The translations under genes were made by a program, and so were the position numbers. The notes beneath the pieces are model-generated. The model did not search any database. It was not told the origin of the DNA and worked only from the letters and a program-made list of their open reading frames with translations. A stretch of DNA of 64,000 nt, taken from contig DAIMEJ010000013.1 of assembly GCA_036725345.1 (NCBI GenBank), positions 19,162 to 83,161 on the forward strand, written 5' to 3'. Within the stretch, counting starts at the first letter, position 1, and each line of letters begins with the position of its first letter. Below are positions 1 to 8,524 of the stretch, one piece after another. Origin of the DNA: Syntrophales bacterium (lineage in GTDB: Bacteria; Desulfobacterota; Syntrophia; Syntrophales; UBA2192).

Positions 1-1
1 C

Positions 2-388
2 GGCGGGGACATCGGCCACATCGACCCCGAGGGCTATCTGCAGATCACGGACCGCCTGAAGGACGTGATCAAGACGGGAGGTGAGTGGATTTCATCCCTC
101 GAGCTGGAGAGCCTGGTCAGTCAGCACCCGGCCGTCTCGGAGGCGGCAGCCATCGGTGTGCCGGATACCAAGTGGGGTGAGCGGCCCATGATCGTGGTTG
201 TGCTCAAACCCGACTTCAAAGGCAAGGTGTCGCCCGAAGACATCAAGGCTTTCCTGCAGAAGGCCGTTGATGAGGGCAGGATTCCCAAGTACGGGCTTCC
301 CGACAAGTACGCTATTGTGGACGCGATCCCAAAGACGAGCGTGGGCAAGATCAACAAGATCGCCCTGCGGGATCAGTACGGTAAGTGA
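2..388 (+). CDS. AMP-dependent acyl-CoA synthetase, C-terminal fragment (5' end lies outside the window)
   Basis: Frame 2 is open from the window edge. The translation GGDIGHIDPEGYLQITDRLKDVIKTGGEWIS...TSVGKINK matches the conserved C-terminal subdomain motifs of adenylate-forming ligases. Stop codon at 386-388. Confidence 0.9.
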   Translation, partial: GGDIGHIDPEGYLQITDRLKDVIKTGGEWISSLELESLVSQHPAVSEAAAIGVPDTKWGERPMIVVVLKPDFKGKVSPEDIKAFLQKAVDEGRIPKYGLPDKYAIVDAIPKTSVGKINKIALRDQYGK

Positions 389-596
389 ACTGGTATCACA
401 AATCTGAGTTTTGAGTGCGGCATTAAAGTAGAAGGCTTCCGGTATCCGGTATCCGGTGCAAGATTCAGGCTGGCGGACCGAAAGACCTTAATGATTGATT
501 AACCCATTAACTGGTAGTACAGGCCTTCGGGCCATACCCGCGCAGCGGGATAAACCATCATTAAATACTGTCTGACGACTCAGACATTTAAGGAGG

Positions 597-1745
597 ATGA
601 CAATGGATTTTAATTTGACAGAAGAGATGAAGATGTTGAGGGACATGGCATACAAGTTTGCCCTGCAGGAGATTGTCCCGGTTGCCCGTGAGTGCGATCT
701 CGAAGAAAAATATACACCGGAGATCCGCAAGAAAGCAGCGGCGAACGGTCTTGTAGGCGCCTGGCTTCCGGAACAGTACGGAGGGGCCGGTGTGGGATTC
801 TTGGGAAATGCGATCATCTCCGAGGAGCTTTCACGGGCATGCATGGGTATCGGTTTGAACATCTATGCGGCATCCTTCGGCTGCGAGGCCGTATACTTTT
901 TCGGGACGGAAGATCAGAAGAAGAAATACATACCGCCTGTATGCCGGGGAGAGCAGGTGAGTGCCGGTGCTTTCACTGAGCCAAACGCGGGGACGGATGT
1001 CGCCGGTTACAAGACCAGGGCCGTCAGAGACGGAAAAGACTTCGTCATCAACGGGCAGAAGATGTTCATCACGAACGGGACTGTCTGTAACTGGATGGTG
1101 GTCCAGGCCATCACGAAGCCGGAGGAGAAGAAGCACAACAGCTTCAGCCAGATCGTCGTGCCTGCAGATGCCAAGGGCATTACCCGAAACAAAATACACG
1201 GGAAGATGGGGATTCGGGCCAGTGACACGGCTGAAATCGCGCTGGAGGACGTGAGGGTCCCTCAGGAAAATCTGATTGGCAAAGACGGCAGGGGCTTCCA
1301 CCAGCTCATGCACTTCTTCGATGTGACCCGCATCATGGTTGCGGGCCAGGCCTTGGGTCTATCAGTGGCCTGCCTGGAAACGGCCGTCAAGTACTCCAAG
1401 GAGAGGACGGCTTTCGGGGCGCCCCTTGCGAGCTACCAGATGACCATGTCAAAGTTCACCGAGATGGCGATCCGCATCGAGGCCCTGAGGGGGCTCATCT
1501 ACAAGTCCGCCTGGCTGGTGGACGTGGGAAAACCGGACTACACGCTTGCTGCCATGGCGAAATTCTACGGCGGGCAGACAGCCGTCTTCTGCGCCAACGC
1601 GGCGGTGGAGATCCACGGCGGCTACGGTTACATCGAGGAGTACGACGTCCAGAAATGGTATCGCGACGCCAAGATCCTCGAACTTTACGAGGGCACGAAG
1701 GAAGCCGAAATCATGACCATCGGCCGCTACCTGGCATCGAAGTAA
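597..1745 (+). CDS. acyl-CoA dehydrogenase (ACAD)
   Basis: 382 aa with full-length ACAD architecture: N-terminal helical domain (EIVPVARECD), FTEPNAGTD, and C-terminal YEGTKEAEIMTIGRYL. AGGAGG-type RBS (aaggagga) lies just upstream. Confidence 0.95.
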   Translation: MTMDFNLTEEMKMLRDMAYKFALQEIVPVARECDLEEKYTPEIRKKAAANGLVGAWLPEQYGGAGVGFLGNAIISEELSRACMGIGLNIYAASFGCEAVYFFGTEDQKKKYIPPVCRGEQVSAGAFTEPNAGTDVAGYKTRAVRDGKDFVINGQKMFITNGTVCNWMVVQAITKPEEKKHNSFSQIVVPADAKGITRNKIHGKMGIRASDTAEIALEDVRVPQENLIGKDGRGFHQLMHFFDVTRIMVAGQALGLSVACLETAVKYSKERTAFGAPLASYQMTMSKFTEMAIRIEALRGLIYKSAWLVDVGKPDYTLAAMAKFYGGQTAVFCANAAVEIHGGYGYIEEYDVQKWYRDAKILELYEGTKEAEIMTIGRYLASK

Positions 1746-1859
1746 CCTTGCGGAGAGGTTGCAGGCAATCACTGTGAATAGTGAGGTGCGGGCCTCCGGC
1801 ACGCGGTGGCTGGAGGCCCAATCACTTCAGCGGCGATAACTCACAACTGAGACAGGAGC

Positions 1860-2657
1860 GTGCCGATGGCTTTGGAAAATGTCATTTACGAGAAAAAGGG
1901 TGCCGTGGCGTACGTCCGATTGAACCGGCCAAAGAGCTTCAACGCGATTGACGCCGGCTTCGTGAGAGATTTCACCAGGGCGATGGAGGTGTGTTCCGAT
2001 GATGACAGTGTCAGGGCTGTAGTCATTACCGGCGAGGGCAAAGCGTTTTGCGGAGGCGGTGACATCGCCGTTTTCAAAAGCTACTTCGATAAAGACAGGG
2101 CGGAGCCCTTCCGGGAGATCCTCAAGGGTCTGAACCCGGGCATCCTTGCGCTCCGGAGGATGGGGAAACCGGTCATCGCGGCGGTCAATGGGGCCGCCGG
2201 AGGCGCGGGCATGAGCATTGTCGCGGCCTGTGATTTCAGAATATGCGCGGCTTCGGTGCGTTTCCGCACGGGTTACCCGCAGATCGGCATGGTCGGCGAC
2301 GCAGGGTGGACCCTGTTTGTCCCGCTTCTCGTTGGTTTCGGAAAGGCCATGGAACTCATGCTCCTCGATCCGGTGTTCGACGCGAAGCAGGCTTATGAAA
2401 TGGGTTTGGTCAATATGGTTGTGGAGGACGACAAATTCGTGGCCACTGTTTCCGAGATGGCGGAAAAGTTCGCCGGTGGTCCAACAAAATCCTATGCGAT
2501 CATCAAGGCAAACCTGAACGCCGCAATGGAGGGACTTCTTGAGCAACAACTCGAGCTCGAGCGCATGGGCATGTTCAACGCCGCGAAAACCGAGGACTAC
2601 GTCGAAGGCGTCAACGCCTTCCTCGAAAAACGCAAAGCGAAATTCGCCGGCAAATGA
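1860..2657 (+). CDS. enoyl-CoA hydratase/isomerase family protein
   Basis: 265 aa. Crotonase motifs VVITGEGKAFCGGGDI and AAVNGAAGGAG, with a C-terminal FLEKRKAKF tail. Confidence 0.9.
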   Translation: MPMALENVIYEKKGAVAYVRLNRPKSFNAIDAGFVRDFTRAMEVCSDDDSVRAVVITGEGKAFCGGGDIAVFKSYFDKDRAEPFREILKGLNPGILALRRMGKPVIAAVNGAAGGAGMSIVAACDFRICAASVRFRTGYPQIGMVGDAGWTLFVPLLVGFGKAMELMLLDPVFDAKQAYEMGLVNMVVEDDKFVATVSEMAEKFAGGPTKSYAIIKANLNAAMEGLLEQQLELERMGMFNAAKTEDYVEGVNAFLEKRKAKFAGK

Positions 2658-2861
2658 GTGCTACTCATTTGCCCACTAGAAGTTTTGAGTATGAAGTTTT
2701 GAGTTTGACAAAATACTTAAACTCAAAATTCAAAATTGAAGCAACTAAAGTTGCTTCCCGGTGAGGAATAGGTTATTTGCAGCTCGCCCCACTCGCGTGT
2801 TGGGCACCCCGGTCATAATTCATAATTGGAGCAGGCTTAAGCCTGCTCCCTTGAGGTAAGA

Positions 2862-3596
2862 ATGCCTTACAGAACAATTACCGCGGAAGTGAAAGAGGGG
2901 CGGATCGGTTTTGTGACTCTGAACCGCCCCGACAGAAAGAACGCCATTTCCATCGAGATGCGAAAGGCCCTTTCCGACCTTCTGAGGGGCTGGAGGGAAG
3001 ACCCGGGTATCGGTGTGGTGATCTTTACCGGCGCCGGCGATACCTTCAGCGCGGGATTCGATCTCGGTGAGTTTAAAAACCCCGCGCTTCTCGCCGAGAT
3101 TTTCGAGACCTCGGCGCGCTATCACAGGGACCTGTGGTATTTCCCCAAGCCCACCATTGCCGCCGTGAACGGGCCGGCACTGGCTGGAGGGTTCGATTTC
3201 GTGAAGCTCTGCGATCTACGGATCTGCTCCCCTGGGGCCCTATTTGGTCACCCGGAGGTCAAGTTCGGCATCCCGCCCCTGTGGACGCCGCTCCGGTGGA
3301 TTGTGGGGGAGGGAATGGCAAGGGATCTCTGCTTCACTGGCAGGCGCATCAACGGCGCGGAAGCCCACCGCATCGGTCTCGTGAGCGAGGTGGTTGCTGC
3401 GGAACGTCTGGTGGAAAGGGCCATGGAGATTGCGGGGCTCATGCTCGAGGCCCCCGTGGCGGCACTCAGGCAGGGCAAAGAATTCATGCTGAACTGCCAG
3501 AGCCGAGATTTCGAGTCATCCTTCAGCGTGGAGCACGATGTCGTCTTCCAGGAGTTCCTTTTGAAAAAAGCCGCCGAAGCCCTTGGGAAGAAATAA
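2862..3596 (+). CDS. enoyl-CoA hydratase/isomerase family protein
   Basis: 244 aa. Crotonase motifs VVIFTGAGDTFSAGFDL and AAVNGPALAGG. RBS gaggt lies upstream. Confidence 0.9.
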   Translation: MPYRTITAEVKEGRIGFVTLNRPDRKNAISIEMRKALSDLLRGWREDPGIGVVIFTGAGDTFSAGFDLGEFKNPALLAEIFETSARYHRDLWYFPKPTIAAVNGPALAGGFDFVKLCDLRICSPGALFGHPEVKFGIPPLWTPLRWIVGEGMARDLCFTGRRINGAEAHRIGLVSEVVAAERLVERAMEIAGLMLEAPVAALRQGKEFMLNCQSRDFESSFSVEHDVVFQEFLLKKAAEALGKK

Positions 3597-3894
3597 TGAC
3601 AAGTGGCTGGTGGGCTTGCCGTTATCATTGTGACAGGAACGTCAGCGATACGCCCGTGCTGCCTTTACCCTTCGCTTTTTTCCCAACCCATCATTTGAAG
3701 CTCTTCAAATTTCATGCTCCTCCCCGGTCATAAGACAATCTGTTATTCTATTTAGTATACGCCCGGAACTGCGATTGTTGTTTTGCACCGGGTTGGCGAT
3801 AACTCTGTAGCGAGACTGTGAATTTGATATTGGCACGAATGCTGTTTGACAATTGGAGGATAATTTTGTATTCCGGCAACGGAGGTTTCGAGGG

Positions 3895-4704
3895 ATGCCG
3901 CTGAATATAGCCGTCTGTATAAAACAAGTTCCTGACCCCGAGCAGTTCGACCGCATCACCATGGATCCTGGCACGGGCTCGATCATTCGTTCCGGTATTG
4001 CGGCCGTCACGAATCTGCTTGACCGGCATGCCCTGGAAGAAGCTCTGCGCATCAGGGAAAAGTACGGCGGGAGTGTAACCATTCTGACCATGGGGCCGCC
4101 ACAGGCCAGAAAATGCCTCGAGGAGGCCCTGGCGACAGGTGCGGACAGAGGCGTGCTTCTCTGCGACCCGTCATTTGCAGGAGCGGACACGCTGGCGACG
4201 GCCCGCGTCCTCGCAGCCGGGATTCGAACCCTGGACGGCTGTGATCTCGTTCTCTGCGGTAATGAATCCGTAGACGGTTCAACGGGGCAACTGCCCGCGC
4301 AGCTGGCTTATTTTCTTGGCCTGCCCCATGTGAACTATGTGCGGAAAATTCACTGGATGGACGAACGGAGGGTTGTGATCGAGCGAAGCACGGAGGGGGG
4401 CTATCTCAAGGTGGATCTCCGCCTGCCGGCGGTGATGGCCGTTCTGAGGAGGATCAACAACTACCGGCTTCCGACCGTCATGGGTATCATGGATGCGGCC
4501 GGCAAACCGATTGTGGAGCACGGTTGCGCGGTCTGCGAGGGGGCGGGCCTTTCCTGGGAGGAAATCGGAGGAAAAGGCTCTCCGACAAAGGTGGCGGGGG
4601 TCTTCGAGCCGGCGAACAGAAGAAACGTTCAGATGATTGAGGGGGAGCCGCAGGAGATCGCGAAAAAGTTGGTTCGAAAGCTCCACGAGCTTGATGCGAT
4701 CTAG
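3895..4704 (+). CDS. etfB: electron transfer flavoprotein, beta subunit
   Basis: The track ORF starts at 3853. The ATG at 3895 follows a ggaggt RBS and gives the canonical N-terminus MPLNIAVCIKQVPD. The sequence is EtfB-like throughout (NESVDGSTGQ). Confidence 0.9.
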   Translation: MPLNIAVCIKQVPDPEQFDRITMDPGTGSIIRSGIAAVTNLLDRHALEEALRIREKYGGSVTILTMGPPQARKCLEEALATGADRGVLLCDPSFAGADTLATARVLAAGIRTLDGCDLVLCGNESVDGSTGQLPAQLAYFLGLPHVNYVRKIHWMDERRVVIERSTEGGYLKVDLRLPAVMAVLRRINNYRLPTVMGIMDAAGKPIVEHGCAVCEGAGLSWEEIGGKGSPTKVAGVFEPANRRNVQMIEGEPQEIAKKLVRKLHELDAI

Positions 4705-4717
4705 TGCTTGAGGAGGA

Positions 4718-5725
4718 GTGCAGTCCTTGACGGATATAACGATCTGGGCGGAAAAGGGAGATGATGGACTGCGGGATGTATCCCTCGAGGTCCTGCAGAA
4801 AGCCCTGGACCTGTCGCCGCTTTATGAGGGCAGGGTCTCGGCCGTTTTGATCGGTGAAAATTGCGGTGCCCTTGCCGAGGAGCTGGTGGAATACGGTGCA
4901 TCCAGGGTCTTTGCCGTGGAAGATTCCCGGCTTCGTCTTTATCAGAGCGAAGCCTACGCGAAAGTCCTGACCGGCGTCCTCGAGGAAATCAAGCCGGAAA
5001 TTGTCCTCATCGGCGGCACAACCATCGGAATGGATCTGGCCCCCGCGGTTGCGGCACGACTCCGTACGGGACTGACAGCGCACTGCGTCGATCTCCACGT
5101 TGAAAAGATCGACGGCCGGGATCAGCTGGTTCAGATTGTTCCCGGTTGGGGGGGGAACATGATGATCCGCATCATCTGCCCGGAGCATCGGCCCCAGATG
5201 GTGACGGTCCGACCGGGGGTCATGGAAAAGGGAAAACGGGATCCCCGAAAAAAGGGGGAGATCTTTTTTGTCAAGCCCGAGCTCAGCGAAGATGATTTTC
5301 GGGCCCGGTCGATGGAGTATGTTCGGGAGCAACAGGGGGAAGGCTCGCTGGAGGATGCGGACATCATCGTCTCCGGCGGTTTCGGTCTTTACTCCGCGGG
5401 GGGATTTGGGCTTGTCAGGGAGCTCGCCGAAGCCGTCGGAGGTGAAGTGGCCGGAACGCGACCGGCCTTCGACGAAGGGTGGATCCCCGAAATCGCGATG
5501 ATCGGACAGAGCGGGAAGACGGTCAGGCCGAAACTCTTTATCAGCCTGGGTGCCTCAGGGGCTGTGCATTATACGACAGGATTTCAGAAATCACGTGTCA
5601 TTGTGGCGGTCGATAAAAATCCAAAAGCACCCATTTTTAGTGTTGCGGACCTGGGTGTTGTGGGGGATCTGAAAAGGATCGTCCCCGCCCTCATTGAAGC
5701 ACTGCAAAAGGGCAGGTCGTCGTAA
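4718..5725 (+). CDS. etfA: electron transfer flavoprotein, alpha subunit
   Basis: 335 aa. C-terminal FAD-binding signature PKLFISLGASGAVHYTTGFQKSRVIVAVDKNPKAPIF. Sits directly after etfB. Confidence 0.92.
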   Translation: MQSLTDITIWAEKGDDGLRDVSLEVLQKALDLSPLYEGRVSAVLIGENCGALAEELVEYGASRVFAVEDSRLRLYQSEAYAKVLTGVLEEIKPEIVLIGGTTIGMDLAPAVAARLRTGLTAHCVDLHVEKIDGRDQLVQIVPGWGGNMMIRIICPEHRPQMVTVRPGVMEKGKRDPRKKGEIFFVKPELSEDDFRARSMEYVREQQGEGSLEDADIIVSGGFGLYSAGGFGLVRELAEAVGGEVAGTRPAFDEGWIPEIAMIGQSGKTVRPKLFISLGASGAVHYTTGFQKSRVIVAVDKNPKAPIFSVADLGVVGDLKRIVPALIEALQKGRSS

Positions 5726-6165
5726 ATTCCCATTAAACACGTCTATGAATCCCTGATTTTCTATTGACTTCAGGATTAAGGCAGCCTGAATCGCATTAAA
5801 GGGAGATATTGCTGGCCGTGGTGATGTGACTGACAATACGGACGGCGAGTTCAATTTTCTCGATCCGGTTTTTTTATTCTCAGCAGGACGGCGAGCATTA
5901 CGCCGAGGGAAGGCCATGGGAGGTATTGCCGTGACGGACGTGGCGCCTGTCACAGGGGAGCTTCTCCCCCCGTAGGGTACAGCCCTGGATATAGGAAGGA
6001 CATTTTTTACGAAGAATCAAGATGTTTTGATTTTACAAAGATGGCCTGGATGGATGCACGTCAGGGCGGTCCTCGCAATCGGTTCTCTGCAGGAGTAAAA
6101 ATGGACCCATAAAGGGTTAGAGATTTTAAAAATATAAAAAACGGGATGCAAGGAGGTTTGTAAAG

Positions 6166-8256
6166 ATGCGAGGCTTTTTTGATCCGGAATCCGTTGCGAT
6201 GATAGGGGCACCCAGAAACACGGGCCCGGGTACCTACAATGGTATCGAAATGATCCTCCGGTACGGCTACAAGGGACGCCTTTATCCGGTAAACCCGAAG
6301 GCTGATCAAATCTGCGGCCTCAAGGCCTACCCCTCCATCACCGAGGTACCGGAAGCAGTCGAGCTTGCGATCATTTCGGTAGGGAGGGATCGTGTCATCG
6401 AGGAATTGAAAGGGTGCATTAAGTCCGGAATCCGCCGTGTGATCATCGTCAGCCAGGGTTTTTCCGACGCGGATGAGCATGGTCGTGTACTGCAGGGGGA
6501 GATTTCAAAACTCGCCCGTGAAAACGGCGTCAGGGTGACAGGGCCAAATACCCTGGGTGTTGTCAACAACTACCGTAATTTCGCAACCTCCTTCGTCGAT
6601 CTGGCCAAGTCGGATAAGGTGCCCCCCGTGTCGCTCGTGGCCCAGACGGGCGTTCTGCAGGTGGCAACGGAGGTCTTTTCCTACCAGACCTGGGGAAAGG
6701 CCCTTGACATCGGCAATGCCTGCGATGTGGATTTTGTCGATGCCCTGGAGTATTTCGGTGACGATCCCGAGACCCGGGTGATCGTGCTTCATATGGAGGG
6801 GGTCCTACGGGGCCGGGATTTTTTGGAAAAGGCTTCACAGGTCACTTTGAAGAAACCGGTCATCGTGTATAAAACCGGAAGAAGCAAAGCCGGGGCCATG
6901 GCGGCCATGTCGCACACGGGTTCCCTGGTGGGCGAAGACGAGATCAACGATGCGGCCTTCAGCCGCGCAGGCATTATTCGTGTGAAAAACGCTTCCGACC
7001 TGAGAGACGCTATTCATGCCCTGGTGCGGTTGGATGACATGGTGGGACCCCGGCTGGGGGTGCTGACGCCCACGGGGGCGGGCGGCATCATGGCCACGGA
7101 TGCTTCTGAGGATTTCGGCCTGACCATCACGGAACCGCCGGAAGGTCTTGCGGACAAGCTGAAGAAGGGGCTTCCGGACTGGATACAGATCGGAAACCCC
7201 CTTGACATATGGCCCATAGGCATGATCGGGGCCGGCATCGCTCCGACTTACAAAATCGCCCTCGGGGAACTGCTGAAATCTCCCAAGATCGACGGTATTC
7301 TCGCAATGGCCTTCAACCCGGACTCTCCCCTCCACAGGGATATCGACATCGTCGACGCGGTCAGGACTGTCCTGCGGGAAACAGGGATCCGCAAACCCAT
7401 ATCCATGTGGATCTACGGAATGGGCGTGTCAAAGAATGCAGAACGATTGGAAGCGATCGATTCCGTTGCCTGTTTTCCAACCGTCGAGCAGGCCGTGCAG
7501 GCGTTGTCCTTCTGTTACCGCTATCATCAGATCCGGCAGAGGGAAATTCCGTCTCAGCGTGCTTTTCCCTGCGATCGTGACAGGGTCGCCCGGCTGCTGA
7601 GCAAGGGAAGGGAGCGCAAGGTCCTGCTGGGGGAGGACGCCCTTGCCCTTCTCGACGCTTTTAACATCCCCGTGGTCCGGGGGGGGATCGCCCGGTCATG
7701 GAAGGACATTGAAGAAGCGGCCGGGACGCTTGCCTATCCCCTGGTCCTGAAACTCTCCGGTGAGGCATTTCTGCACAAGAGCGAATGGGGCGGTGTGGTG
7801 ACGGGCCTTCGCAACAAAAAGGAACTCCGGGACGCCTATCAAAAAATGAAGGATAACGTTTCCCGGCGGGATCCGAAGGTGAAGATCGGCTTCCAGTTAC
7901 AGGAGCAGGCGTCGGGGAAAGAACTCCTCATGGGATTGAAACGTGATCCTCAATTCGGCCACATTATTGCCTGCGGCCTTGGAGGCATTTACACAGAGGT
8001 CTTCAAAGACGTCAGCCGCGAGCTGGTGCCCGTCAGCAGGAAGGTGGCTGAAAAGATGCTCTCCTCGCTGAAGATTTACCCGCTTCTGAAGGGCGTCCGC
8101 GGAGAGGCCGGTGTGGACCTGGAGGGGCTTTTGGATAATCTGGAAAGACTCTCCTTCCTTGCCGCGGAAGTTCCGGATATCACGGAACTGGACATCAACC
8201 CTTTGATGGCGGATGTGACCGGCTGTAAAGCCGTGGATGCACGCATCCTCTGGTAA
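6166..8256 (+). CDS. acyl-CoA synthetase (ADP/NDP-forming), fused alpha-beta type
   Basis: 696 aa. N-terminal CoA-binding domain (VAMIGAPRN...YPVNP), an SHTGSL motif with the putative phosphohistidine, and a C-terminal ATP-grasp domain (YPLVLKL...GGV). Confidence 0.88.
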   Translation: MRGFFDPESVAMIGAPRNTGPGTYNGIEMILRYGYKGRLYPVNPKADQICGLKAYPSITEVPEAVELAIISVGRDRVIEELKGCIKSGIRRVIIVSQGFSDADEHGRVLQGEISKLARENGVRVTGPNTLGVVNNYRNFATSFVDLAKSDKVPPVSLVAQTGVLQVATEVFSYQTWGKALDIGNACDVDFVDALEYFGDDPETRVIVLHMEGVLRGRDFLEKASQVTLKKPVIVYKTGRSKAGAMAAMSHTGSLVGEDEINDAAFSRAGIIRVKNASDLRDAIHALVRLDDMVGPRLGVLTPTGAGGIMATDASEDFGLTITEPPEGLADKLKKGLPDWIQIGNPLDIWPIGMIGAGIAPTYKIALGELLKSPKIDGILAMAFNPDSPLHRDIDIVDAVRTVLRETGIRKPISMWIYGMGVSKNAERLEAIDSVACFPTVEQAVQALSFCYRYHQIRQREIPSQRAFPCDRDRVARLLSKGRERKVLLGEDALALLDAFNIPVVRGGIARSWKDIEEAAGTLAYPLVLKLSGEAFLHKSEWGGVVTGLRNKKELRDAYQKMKDNVSRRDPKVKIGFQLQEQASGKELLMGLKRDPQFGHIIACGLGGIYTEVFKDVSRELVPVSRKVAEKMLSSLKIYPLLKGVRGEAGVDLEGLLDNLERLSFLAAEVPDITELDINPLMADVTGCKAVDARILW

Positions 8257-8524
8257 GGGGCGGGGGTTCTATGGATCAATGAAAGGTGAGGCTGCTGCGC
8301 GTTGAAAAAAAGCGGCCTGCACCAGGACCGACTCCCCCCTTATTGAAAGACTGCCAAGTGAAAAGTCGCACTGACTTTTGCTCAGACACGAACAACCCAG
8401 GGTCGTGAGCCGAAGGCGGCTTTGTGTGCCCGTGATATTTCAGGTCTCATGACGAGTTTGCGGGGCGCAGCGTAAATATTCGTATTGGTCGTTCTTTAAA
8501 AAAAGCGGGGTATCGGACTCAGAG

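Noticed and set aside
3831-3846. Perfect TGGCAC hexamer upstream of etfB as a sigma-54 promoter
   Set aside because: The -24 half is perfect. However, the sequence at the -12 position is CTGT (TGGCAC-GAATG-CTGTT), so no GC dinucleotide sits at the required spacing. I kept it only as a weak possibility.
4217-4235. tRNA-like T-arm sequence GGGATTCGAACCC
   Set aside because: It lies inside the etfB coding frame. No acceptor, D or anticodon arms can be built around it. It is a chance match.
6037-6053. TGGCCTGGATGGATGCA upstream of the first ADP-forming synthetase as a sigma-54 site
   Set aside because: The GG-to-GC spacing is one nucleotide too long. Sigma-54 promoters tolerate almost no spacing change.
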